Origin: Promethearchaeota archaeon | Lineage (GTDB): Archaea > Asgardarchaeota > Lokiarchaeia > Sigyniarchaeales > SOKP01 | Assembly (NCBI GenBank): GCA_048938445.1 | Contig: JBHLME010000049.1 | Location: forward strand, 1-30,482 | DNA length: 30,482 nt | Direction of reading: 5' to 3' | Program-made: the position numbers and the translations under genes | Shown: positions 1 to 9,117 of the stretch, piece by piece | Numbering within the stretch: position 1 is the stretch's first letter | How the letters are laid out: every line of letters starts with the position of its first letter | Notes under the pieces: model-generated | Told to the model about the DNA's origin: nothing | Databases searched by the model: none | Seen by the model: the letters and a program-made list of their open reading frames with translations, nothing else

Positions 1-76
1 GTGGTCTCCGACGCTGGGCTTCAAACCCAGTTATCCTGCGGAGGGATAGGGGTTCGATTCCCCTCGAGGGCCGCCA
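1..76 (+). tRNA. selC: tRNA-Sec (UCA), 5' end truncated by the window edge
   Basis: Anticodon arm CTGGG-CT TCA AA-CCCAG. Long variable arm TATCC..GGATA. 4-bp T stem GGGG-TTCGATT-CCCC. 9-nt acceptor 3' strand TCGAGGGCC, then discriminator G and encoded CCA (9/4 fold). Directly upstream of SepSecS. Confidence 0.95.
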
Positions 77-128
77 AAAATCTTAATAAATGTGTTGAAA
101 CTTGGTAGCTTTTGATAAAATTATTGAA

Positions 129-1466
129 ATGATTAATAAATTGAAAATCCCTCAAAATATGGTAAATAGAGGTCATTTAGTCTTTAATGAATTTTTAAAA
201 CCCCTCAAAGTATTGTTTGAACAAAAAGCAGTTCCCAAAGAACCTTGGTCTGATGAACAAATTGAATTTCTAATTCAAGTATTATCTAACATGGATACTG
301 ATAAAGATCCAGAGGCATCAAGAGTGGGTGAAAGGGAAGCTAGAATTGCATCCAAGATTCACTTAAAGACTTCAGCGGGATTCTGTCATGGTATTGGAAG
401 AAGTGGTTTTCTAACAGCTCCTCAACCAAAAGCTCCTGGGGGATCTATAATGTATGAGCTTACAAACTCCCTTGCTCGGAATTTTTTTAAAAATTTTGGC
501 TTGCCAAATATAAAAGATGCTGCTGTTTTACCATTATGCACGGGAATGTCGCTTGCATTATGTTTAGGTGCATTAAAACCTAAAGGACCTTCAGAATCAT
601 TGAATGATAAAAATATGGTTTTAGTACCCCAGATTGACCATAATTCTCTATTAAAAGCAATGGATTTAGTCGGCGTGAATAAAAAAATTATTAATGGTCA
701 AATCTTTGGGGATGCTGTCAGAATTCCTATTGAAGAAATTAAAAAAGGTTTTGAGAATACTTGTTATGCGATTATATCTCTTACAAGTTTCTTTCCCCCG
801 AGAGAACATGATGACTTAAAAGAAATAAGTAAATTCGCTAAAGAGAAAGATATTTCTCATATTATTATTAATGCCTATGGTGTTCAAAGTCCAGATTGGA
901 TGAGGTTCATACGCTCAGCAATCGATGCAGGACGTGTGGATGTCATAATTCAATCTACGGATAAAAATTTCTTAACTCCAGTGGGCGGATCAGTGATTGC
1001 CTCACCAAAAGAAGGAACCATTGACAAAATAAGCCAAGCTTATGCTGGTAGAGCTTCTGCTACTCCAATTGTGAACTTTTTAATTTCAATGCTATCATTA
1101 GGTCTCAATGGTTATAAAGAACTTTTAGAAACACAACAACAAAATCGCAAGAGATTAGAACTAAAAATGAAAGCTTTTGCTGAGAAGATAGGAGAACGTA
1201 TATTAGATATATTCAATCCAGTCGCCGTGGCAATGTCTCTCGAAGGACTTAAAAAGGAGCAAATAACGGCCCTAGGAGGTGCTTTATATAACTTACGTGT
1301 TACTGGTCCCCGAGTTTTTGATCCAAATGTAAATATTTTTGGTACGTGTAGTAAAAATTACCCTACACCATATATTATAATGAATGCGGCCATCGGAGCA
1401 AGTATCAATGATATTGATTCTGCAGTTTTAAGACTTGAAAAAGCGTACCTCCAAGTAACTCAATAA
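129..1466 (+). CDS. spcS: O-phosphoseryl-tRNA(Sec) selenium transferase (SepSecS)
   Basis: Motifs GEREARI, HGIGRSG..QPKAPG, INAYG, PLP-lysine QSTDKNF and YAGRAS. ATG at 129 is preferred over TTG at 102. Confidence 0.95.
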   Translation: MINKLKIPQNMVNRGHLVFNEFLKPLKVLFEQKAVPKEPWSDEQIEFLIQVLSNMDTDKDPEASRVGEREARIASKIHLKTSAGFCHGIGRSGFLTAPQPKAPGGSIMYELTNSLARNFFKNFGLPNIKDAAVLPLCTGMSLALCLGALKPKGPSESLNDKNMVLVPQIDHNSLLKAMDLVGVNKKIINGQIFGDAVRIPIEEIKKGFENTCYAIISLTSFFPPREHDDLKEISKFAKEKDISHIIINAYGVQSPDWMRFIRSAIDAGRVDVIIQSTDKNFLTPVGGSVIASPKEGTIDKISQAYAGRASATPIVNFLISMLSLGLNGYKELLETQQQNRKRLELKMKAFAEKIGERILDIFNPVAVAMSLEGLKKEQITALGGALYNLRVTGPRVFDPNVNIFGTCSKNYPTPYIIMNAAIGASINDIDSAVLRLEKAYLQVTQ

Positions 1467-1591
1467 TTATGCATAATCCAAATAAACTCTTTAATAAAAG
1501 GATGTACAGAATCGCAATATTTTTTAATGAATACTTTTGTTATATTATCAATTCTAATTATTCATATTAAAAATTATAAACTTTTTGAGCC

Positions 1592-2275
1592 ATGGAAAAT
1601 AAACTTTTAGAGCAATTCGAGAGCGTTATCATATCACAATGGCCATCTAAAGAAATTACTGAAGATTTTGCCCCTTTAAATCATAAAGAATTATTTGAAT
1701 TAGCATACCATACCTGTAATACGATTAGTAGCAGGTGTATTTCCATCCATTTATCTCAAGATGTTAATAAAGGGGGTTCAAAAGCTATTTTATACCATTC
1801 AAAGCAAAAGCGATTTACGTTAATTGAATCATTGGATGAGCATTTAAAGATTATGATGTATAGTTCTGAAGCAAGCACTAATGAAAAATTACCAATCGAA
1901 ATTCAACCAAAATTACAAGAAAGAAAGAATAAGTTCAATTCGAAAGACGCGGATTTTAAAGAACAATTATTAAAAAATATCCTCGTAGAAAGGAAACTTG
2001 ATGAAGCGGCTAACTTATCTATGCTTGAAGCAATAGCTCGTAAAGTATACTTTGCTATAGGCGATGCTCGCGAGAGTGCTGCCGTGGTCCCGATGTTCAT
2101 GCAAGCAGAAGGGGCCAGCTTAGTACAACTTGCTCTTAATAGATGGATGTCATTCGCTCAAAGATTACCTCCTGAGCAAGCATACCCCCAAAATCACGTT
2201 GCAGGACTGTTAAAAAACCTATTAGAGATTAAAAAATGGGTTTTAGGTTTGATAAACTCTAATTTAGATAAATAA
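1592..2275 (+). CDS. hypothetical protein
   Basis: 227-aa ATG ORF with normal composition; no family recognised. Confidence 0.75.
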   Translation: MENKLLEQFESVIISQWPSKEITEDFAPLNHKELFELAYHTCNTISSRCISIHLSQDVNKGGSKAILYHSKQKRFTLIESLDEHLKIMMYSSEASTNEKLPIEIQPKLQERKNKFNSKDADFKEQLLKNILVERKLDEAANLSMLEAIARKVYFAIGDARESAAVVPMFMQAEGASLVQLALNRWMSFAQRLPPEQAYPQNHVAGLLKNLLEIKKWVLGLINSNLDK

Positions 2276-2395
2276 ATCTCTTCTAAAGGGCATTTCCTTA
2301 TTTAATATATTCACTAATCATCTACCAAAAAAAATGAAGGATATCTTAACTATCTCATTAAAGAAGAATTGAATTCTCTCGTTACAGAAAATAAG

Positions 2396-2603
2396 TGGTC
2401 CATCGGGGAATTTCGTTAATCCTTAGAACCTAAGACTTAATTCGAACCCCGGATCTCAGGTTTTTATTGACATGGACAATTTCATATTTAATGTACGTCC
2501 ATGGGTCATTTATAAGACCTGCGCTTGTTGGCCAAGCTATTCAAACCTGTTAACCAGTTCAATTAACGAGGTAATTCCTCGTTAATGTCTGAGCTAATGG
2601 ACC
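2396..2603 (-). tRNA. tRNA-Ile (UAU) with four predicted BHB-type introns
   Basis: Exons 2603-2588, 2556-2551, 2526-2510, 2461-2441 and 2409-2396 join to a 74-nt cloverleaf: GGTCCAT TA GCTC AGATGGTTA AAGC G CAGGT CTTATAA ACCTG AGATC CGGGG TTCGAAT CCCCG ATGGACC A. D-arm splice positions are uncertain by 1-2 nt. Confidence 0.85.
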
Positions 2604-2829
2604 TTGATTAAATTATAAACTCTTTTAATCATAATAAAAGATAAAAAAAATAAAAATTTTTGTAAAACCTTTAGAATTAGAGGGATAACTTTTATAAAAT
2701 TTTTTCTTAAAAAGAGTAAATAAATATAAGTTTTTTCTATATAATCTTATTATAAAAAAAGAATTAATTGAAGAGAAAATTATATAAATAATCTGTAAAT
2801 TGCTCAAAACATATAAAATGTGAATAAAT

Positions 2830-3258
2830 ATGGCAGAAATGTTAACAGACTTGTTACAAAACATATATAATAGAATAGCACAGCTAGGAATTGCAATCCA
2901 AGACCTTAAAAAATCTTTAGATGGACTCAATCAAAATATTGAAGATAAAATCGCAAATCTAACAGAAAAAATTAGCGCATTCTCTAGCGAAATTGATCAA
3001 ACACAAACAAAACACATAGATGTTTTAAATGAGATTGGTAAAGGCGTAACCACTGAATTTGTTAAGCTAAAAGAAGGATTGGGATTAGAAGCTTTTAATA
3101 CTCTTATATCAAGCTTAGAAAACTTTTCTTCATTAGCAGGAGAAGTCTTGAACCAGGATACAGTAAATTTACTCCTTTCTGAAGCAATAGAGTCTGTTAA
3201 AACCTTAAAACAACCAACAATACAAGAAGAGGAAGTAGATCAGGCTTCAGGGGAGTAG
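2830..3258 (+). CDS. coiled-coil hypothetical protein
   Basis: 142-aa helical ORF with a heptad pattern (LLQNIYNRIAQLGIAIQDLKKSLDGLNQNI). Confidence 0.8.
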   Translation: MAEMLTDLLQNIYNRIAQLGIAIQDLKKSLDGLNQNIEDKIANLTEKISAFSSEIDQTQTKHIDVLNEIGKGVTTEFVKLKEGLGLEAFNTLISSLENFSSLAGEVLNQDTVNLLLSEAIESVKTLKQPTIQEEEVDQASGE

Positions 3259-3303
3259 ATTAAAAGAATTTTTAATTAATTTATAAAAAAGTGATTGAAT
3301 AAT

Positions 3304-3729
3304 ATGGCGGAACAATTATTAGATGAAATGATAACGAAAATCGATCAAATTACTGCTTCTTTAGATGGAACTATTGCTCAAATTAACAACATGAGTACCG
3401 CAATTAATGCAATGAGTCAGAAATTTAGTGAAGAAACAGTTTCACTTACGGAGAACATTAGATTAATAGTTGAAGTATTAAAACAGTTTCGTACTAGGTC
3501 AAGTGAAAGTATGCAAGAACTATCGGATGAAATTAATGCTCAGATAAAGGAACTCTATGAAAAAAAAGTTATCGAGAATATCAAAGAAGATGAAATAAAA
3601 GCGATAGAAGATATAAAAAATGCAGCAAAAGCGGTAGCTAACAATGTATATTATGCACAACTATTAACAATCATCCAGTCGATTAGGGAAGAAACAAATC
3701 GAATCATTCAAGCATCATTTAGAACCTAA
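3304..3729 (+). CDS. coiled-coil hypothetical protein, probable distant paralog of the upstream gene
   Basis: ATG at 3304 gives MAEQLLDEMITKIDQI, resembling MAEMLTDLLQNIYNRI upstream. Nearly identical length. Confidence 0.8.
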   Translation: MAEQLLDEMITKIDQITASLDGTIAQINNMSTAINAMSQKFSEETVSLTENIRLIVEVLKQFRTRSSESMQELSDEINAQIKELYEKKVIENIKEDEIKAIEDIKNAAKAVANNVYYAQLLTIIQSIREETNRIIQASFRT

Positions 3730-3795
3730 ATATCTCAATTTTTTTAAATCATTGCTGTTTAATCTATTTTATACCAAGTTATCTTTAATGAGGTT

Positions 3796-4701
3796 TTGAT
3801 TAAATTGCCAAGTGGAACATTTGTCATATTAATGCCTACAGATTCAGATTATAAAGTATTAGGATATTATTTTACTGATAAAAGAGTAGAATTTGAAGTC
3901 ACGAGTGATCTTTTTCTCAGATTAAACTTGGATCACTCGAAAAATGAATATAACTTTTTAAAACTAAAAAATCTTTCATTAGTATCTTACTTGCATAATT
4001 TTAAAGGGAGATTATCAAGAAAAGCTTCTGGAATGATACTAGGATTGCTTCTTGATGAAGATGAAAAACCTGAGAAATTTAGAACTTCGCTTAAAAATGC
4101 GGCATCCGCTATTGAAATAACTGATTTTATTTCGCTATCACGTGAAGATTTTGAAAAAAAATTAGAAGAGATTTATGTTGAGCATTTAGAAACATTAATA
4201 GAGAGTTTAGATCCTGCTCTATTAAATGAAAGTATAATTAATCGAGCAAAGGAAATGTTAAGCGGAAATAAAAAGGATAGACAAATTGCAGATGAATTAT
4301 TAGAGAAAATACAAAATAAAGAACATGAAAAAATCTCTGAATTTTATAAACAGGCAGAAGAAGCTTTAAATACAAGTGATTATGATAAAGCTGCTAAGTT
4401 CTTTGGGAAGGCTGCTGAAGTTGCTGAAGATTTATTGGAAAAAGACTTGGCAAAAACTCTAAAACACAAGTCGAAAATCTCCAATAAAATACCCCTCCTA
4501 ACGAAAAATAGAGAAAAAATGATTCAAGATGCAAGAGCTGCAATTAGAACTGAAAACTTTCATAGTGCTTATATTTTCTTCAAAAAAGCTGCTGAACTAT
4601 CCAAGGAATTGATGGAAGCTGACAAGGAGGAAGAATATAATCTCAAATCTCAAGCTTTAAAGGATTATTATACAGTCGATCAGAAGTATGGTAAGAAATA
4701 A
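3796..4701 (+). CDS. putative longin-like N-terminal domain plus helical (TPR-like) repeat protein
   Basis: The N-terminal ~130 aa show a beta-beta-alpha-beta-beta-beta-alpha-alpha pattern (GTFVIL..KVLGYYF..LVSY..ILGLLLD). The C-terminus has two helical repeats (YDKAAKFFGKAAEVA; FHSAYIFFKKAAELS). The fold is inferred. Confidence 0.55.
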   Translation: MIKLPSGTFVILMPTDSDYKVLGYYFTDKRVEFEVTSDLFLRLNLDHSKNEYNFLKLKNLSLVSYLHNFKGRLSRKASGMILGLLLDEDEKPEKFRTSLKNAASAIEITDFISLSREDFEKKLEEIYVEHLETLIESLDPALLNESIINRAKEMLSGNKKDRQIADELLEKIQNKEHEKISEFYKQAEEALNTSDYDKAAKFFGKAAEVAEDLLEKDLAKTLKHKSKISNKIPLLTKNREKMIQDARAAIRTENFHSAYIFFKKAAELSKELMEADKEEEYNLKSQALKDYYTVDQKYGKK

Positions 4702-4751
4702 TACTTGGTTCACTCTTACAATTGATCACATAATAGATTAATTGAGATAAT

Positions 4752-5588
4752 ATGAATGAATCATCTCCAAAAATAATAGCTCTTCTGACAGATTTTGGAT
4801 CAAGAGGAATGCATTATGTAGCAAGTATGAAAGGAGTTATCTTAAAGATAAATCCCAACGTAAAAATTATAGATATTGCACATGATATTTCACCTTATTC
4901 AATTATCGAAGCTTCTTACTTAATTAAAAGTATATATAAGTTTTATCCTGAAGGTACCATATTCTTGATGGTCATAGATCCAGGAGTAGGAAGCAAAAGA
5001 GAAATTCTCGTGCTCAAATCTAAATTAAATCATTATTATATTGGACCAAATAACGGAATCTTTTCAAAGATTATAAAGGAAAAACACATTTTAGAGTGTG
5101 TTGAGATACAAAATAAAGAATTTTTTCACCTTCCTGTTTCAAATACATTTCACGGAAGGGATATAATGGCTCCTGTAGCCGCCTATATTTCAAAGGGAAT
5201 AGAACTCAAGAAATTTGGAACTTATTTTGAAAAAAAGGATATTGTAAGATATCCAATAACATATAACGTGGATGAAGAAAATAAAATAATTAAAGCAACT
5301 GTTTTATTTATTGATAGTTTTGGGAATATTACGACTAACATTCGAGTAAGGAACAATTTTATAAAGAAAACATTAATTCAAATTGTTATCGGAAATCAAA
5401 TTGAGGTTAAATTTGGAGAAAATATCTATAAAGGTAAAATTACAACTCACTTTAATGATGTACCTGAAGGATCCTTTTTGTTTTTAATAGGTTCAAGTGG
5501 TTATCTAGAAATTTCAAAAAATCAAGGAAATGCTTCGCGAGAAATAGGATGTAAGGTTGGAAATGTCATCACCATAAATTTACACTAA
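4752..5588 (+). CDS. SAM hydroxide adenosyltransferase / chlorinase-fluorinase family (DUF62)
   Basis: Motifs LLTDFG, VIDPGVGS.R, GPNNG, TFHGRDIMAP, IDSFGN and GYLEI. Confidence 0.92.
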   Translation: MNESSPKIIALLTDFGSRGMHYVASMKGVILKINPNVKIIDIAHDISPYSIIEASYLIKSIYKFYPEGTIFLMVIDPGVGSKREILVLKSKLNHYYIGPNNGIFSKIIKEKHILECVEIQNKEFFHLPVSNTFHGRDIMAPVAAYISKGIELKKFGTYFEKKDIVRYPITYNVDEENKIIKATVLFIDSFGNITTNIRVRNNFIKKTLIQIVIGNQIEVKFGENIYKGKITTHFNDVPEGSFLFLIGSSGYLEISKNQGNASREIGCKVGNVITINLH

Positions 5589-5685
5589 AAATATGATAAA
5601 AAAGAAGTAAATATTATTCATTTTAATATTTAATTTTTAGAATAAATTAAATCAAGTTTTAAAATAGAAATTACTATAATATTCA

Positions 5686-6825
5686 TTGATGAAGGAAGAA
5701 ATTATCGCTTGTATTGATAAAAAACATGTAAAATTTTTGGAAACGGGACAAATATCAAAATATATTTTTCCAATGGGCCGCAAGGAAGCTCATGAAAAAA
5801 AAATTGCTCACATCATAACCCGTTTATTTATAATGACGATTACTCCGAAAAATGATATTTTATACCTTGTCCAGAAACGGAGTAAAAATAAAAGAAGTTA
5901 TCCGGATTATTTTACAGACTCCGCTTCAGGGCATGTTATCTACGAAAAAAATTTAGATATTTTAAAGATCGAGAAGAACGCTTTAAGGGAATTAGAGGAA
6001 GAATTTGGAATCCCGATAAAATCAGTTAAAAATCTTATTTTCCGTGATTTACAAGTTGAAAAAGATAATTTCACCGGAGAAATAGCATATATTTTCTATG
6101 GATTAGTTAATAATGATATTAACTTAGAACCAGATCCTCACGAATTAAATGATAGAGAAAGTCATTTTTACAATAGGCAACAATTAATAGAATTATTAGA
6201 TGAATCAGATATCATAGATTATTCAAGAGATATTTGGAGGGAAATCATCAATACAGATATTTTCTCACTCTTTAAAATAAATAATAATTATGACCAAGAA
6301 ATAAAAAAAAAAGAGGAAATTGCTTTATTTATTGGAAGGTTTCAGCCACTCCATCACGGTCATATATATGTAATAAAAAATATCCTTAAAGATTATAAAA
6401 AAATAAAAATTGGAATAGGGAGTTCACAATTATCAAATTCTATAAATGATCCCTTTACAAGCACTGAAAGAATACGATTTATTAAAGCATCAATGAAAAA
6501 AAGAGGAATTAATAAAACTCGATATGAGATCTTTGAAATTCCCGATATTTATAATGCAAAAAAATGGGTCAATCACGTTGTATCTATTGTAGGTGAGTTT
6601 GATATCGTGTTTTCAAATAGCAATTGGGTAAGAAATCTTTTTGAGAATGAGGGATATGAAGTAGGAAAGAAATTAGAAATTTTTAAAAAAAAATATAATG
6701 GAACGAATGTAAGAAAATTAATAAAAAGAAAGGACCAAATGTGGAGACGTTTAATTCCAAAGGAAGTAGTTGAATTAATACTTGAATATAACGGACTAGA
6801 AAGAATAAGTAATTTGGACACGTAA
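5686..6825 (+). CDS. nadM: fusion of an N-terminal Nudix domain and a C-terminal nicotinamide-nucleotide adenylyltransferase
   Basis: Nudix part: QKRSKNK..YP....SASGHV and ALRELEEEFGI. NMNAT part: FIGRFQPLHHGH, GIGSSQ, PFT..ER and GTNVR. Confidence 0.88.
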   Translation: MMKEEIIACIDKKHVKFLETGQISKYIFPMGRKEAHEKKIAHIITRLFIMTITPKNDILYLVQKRSKNKRSYPDYFTDSASGHVIYEKNLDILKIEKNALRELEEEFGIPIKSVKNLIFRDLQVEKDNFTGEIAYIFYGLVNNDINLEPDPHELNDRESHFYNRQQLIELLDESDIIDYSRDIWREIINTDIFSLFKINNNYDQEIKKKEEIALFIGRFQPLHHGHIYVIKNILKDYKKIKIGIGSSQLSNSINDPFTSTERIRFIKASMKKRGINKTRYEIFEIPDIYNAKKWVNHVVSIVGEFDIVFSNSNWVRNLFENEGYEVGKKLEIFKKKYNGTNVRKLIKRKDQMWRRLIPKEVVELILEYNGLERISNLDT

Positions 6826-6830
6826 TATTA

Positions 6831-7904
6831 ATGATGCATGATAAGGAATTTTTAGTAATTGATGGATCTATGGGAGAAGGTGGGGGTGCTATACTCCGTT
6901 TAAGTGCTGCATTTTCCATATTATATAATCAGCCAATAAGAATAATTAATATCCGCTCTAAACGACCAAAACCAGGACTAAGACTTCAACATTTATTAGG
7001 ACTTCGTTCCTTAGCAGAATTGACAGGAAGTAAATTAAGTAATTGTGATGTGGGCTCAACTGATTTAACCTTCAATCCAAATAATGATATTAAAACTTCA
7101 ATACAAGTGAATATAAGCACTGCAGCAAGTATTGGCTTGTTAATCCAACCAATTCAAATAGCATGTTTAGGAATTAAAGATCATGGTAAGGTAGAAATTA
7201 AATTTAATGGTGGAGGTACCTTTGGTAAATGGGCTCCAAGTATGAATTACCTAATGCACGTAACTTATCCAATTTTTAAACAAGTTGGGCTTAAGGTCGA
7301 GGTTGATATAAATAAACATGGATGGTATCCAAAAGGAGGTGCAATTGGAAAAATTACTATTTATCCTCCAAAAGAAAAATTGAATCCAATAAAAATGACG
7401 GAATTAGGTAAAATTGAGGAGATCCATGGTGAAATCATTATTTCTAATCATTTAAAGCGAGAAAGGGATGATATCGCACGAAGAATAAAAAGAGCAACGG
7501 AAAACTACCTTAAAGACTTTTCTAATTTTACAACTAATATCAGAGAGATTTGGGTAAACTCTAGCAGTCCTGGTGTTGGATTAAGTTTATGGGCTCAATC
7601 AAATAATGGAAATATTATATCATCTGGAACAATCTTAGGGGAAAAGAGAATCTCCTCTGAAAAACTTGGTGAAATGGCGGCAAATGAGATTTTAAATTAT
7701 ATTAAGAAAGATATCCCTATTGATAGATACTTAAGTGATCAAGTGATTCCTTTAATGGCTTATATTAGAGAATCATCTATTATTAGAGTGCTTGATATTA
7801 CGAGTCATGCGAAAACCAACATACAAGTGATTAAAAAATTCACGAATCGTGATTATAAAATCATTAAGAATAAGGATGATACTTGTTATATCCAATATAA
7901 CTGA
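6831..7904 (+). CDS. rtcA: RNA 3'-terminal phosphate cyclase
   Basis: Motifs IDGSMGEGGGAILR, RPKPGLRLQHL, GWYPKGG, DRYLSDQ and catalytic His in SHAKTN. Confidence 0.95.
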   Translation: MMHDKEFLVIDGSMGEGGGAILRLSAAFSILYNQPIRIINIRSKRPKPGLRLQHLLGLRSLAELTGSKLSNCDVGSTDLTFNPNNDIKTSIQVNISTAASIGLLIQPIQIACLGIKDHGKVEIKFNGGGTFGKWAPSMNYLMHVTYPIFKQVGLKVEVDINKHGWYPKGGAIGKITIYPPKEKLNPIKMTELGKIEEIHGEIIISNHLKRERDDIARRIKRATENYLKDFSNFTTNIREIWVNSSSPGVGLSLWAQSNNGNIISSGTILGEKRISSEKLGEMAANEILNYIKKDIPIDRYLSDQVIPLMAYIRESSIIRVLDITSHAKTNIQVIKKFTNRDYKIIKNKDDTCYIQYN

Positions 7905-7996
7905 TATGATACTAATTTAAAAACATTAAAATGAGAGAATTTTTATAGCACTATTGTTACTATATGATTATTAAAACTCTCATTAAAAATTAAATA

Positions 7997-8932
7997 ATGT
8001 CCATTACATCAGTTCGCGCAATTCAAAGATGTCCAAGATGTGGAAATGAGAATAAAGCTGCGAATTTTCAATGTACTTTTTGCGGGAAAAGACTAAGAAT
8101 TGAAGGAATTGAAAGAGTTTTCATATGGAGAAGAATCGAAGATGAATGGGCCGCACCTTATCCTTGGTATCGTAAGTTATATTATCTATTTATAAATAGT
8201 CCACGAGCATTCTGGGATATTAATCATCAAAGAAAAAAAGCTCCAAGTAAAATAATCTTTTTCACTATTTCAATAGTTTATGCATTTGTTTGGATGACAC
8301 TATTTCTTCATCTAAAAATTCCTGATTTCCCCCTGAATATAAATTCCTTTGTAGCTCCATTGATCGGATTATTAACTGGATTCTTATTCGGTATAATATA
8401 TCATTTTCTATTGTTTGAAATATTAATATGGTTATTCACTAAAGGTGCTAACTATGCTGTTGATTATTCGGCAAAATTAGAATCAAGATTTGGGAAAAAG
8501 AGTAGGGAACAATTTGAAAAATATGATGAAGCTCACATGAGTCCCTTTAGTATATATAAAGGAGGTGTCCTTCAACAAAAATATGCATATAAAAATAAAA
8601 TGATGTTTTGTGCTTTTATACCTTTTATAATTACTTATATCATTGAGATCATTGTCATAAGCATCGCATTCGGCACCATGGAATTTGATTTAAATGATAT
8701 TGGTTTGAGAACGCTATTTCAATTCCATGCTCCAGTATGGGTTGTGATATACACGATTGAAGCATTAACCATAATGTTATGGATACCTAGCTTGATGGCA
8801 ATTGCAATTAGAGAATTATCCAATTCTTCTACATATCGAGTAGTATTATCATCGTATATTGTTGCGATAATCGTAGCTATTTTTTATTTCTTTTTGAGAC
8901 CAGCATTTACTTGGATGGTATTAGGTAGCTAG
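7997..8932 (+). CDS. zinc-ribbon plus Yip1-like multi-pass membrane protein
   Basis: CPRCG..CTFCG, then a 'LFINSPRAFWDI' Yip1-like amphipathic segment and about 5 TM helices. Confidence 0.65.
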   Translation: MSITSVRAIQRCPRCGNENKAANFQCTFCGKRLRIEGIERVFIWRRIEDEWAAPYPWYRKLYYLFINSPRAFWDINHQRKKAPSKIIFFTISIVYAFVWMTLFLHLKIPDFPLNINSFVAPLIGLLTGFLFGIIYHFLLFEILIWLFTKGANYAVDYSAKLESRFGKKSREQFEKYDEAHMSPFSIYKGGVLQQKYAYKNKMMFCAFIPFIITYIIEIIVISIAFGTMEFDLNDIGLRTLFQFHAPVWVVIYTIEALTIMLWIPSLMAIAIRELSNSSTYRVVLSSYIVAIIVAIFYFFLRPAFTWMVLGS

Positions 8933-9117
8933 ATTTTATATATAAATTCGCTTTTTAATAATCAAGTTTTTAATTATTTTCAATTTATGCTTGAGTTTTA
9001 ATGTTATCCAATTTATATAGGAAGTCAAATTCATAAAATTATTATTGAACCGTAAATTTTTAAAAAATATTAATATCTCTTTTGACAAATAATATAAATT
9101 TATAAAAGGAAAGTATC

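Noticed and set aside
2625-2930. 101-aa minus-strand ORF
   Set aside because: Low-complexity F/I/Y/K translation of AT-rich intergenic DNA, overlapping a better plus-strand gene.
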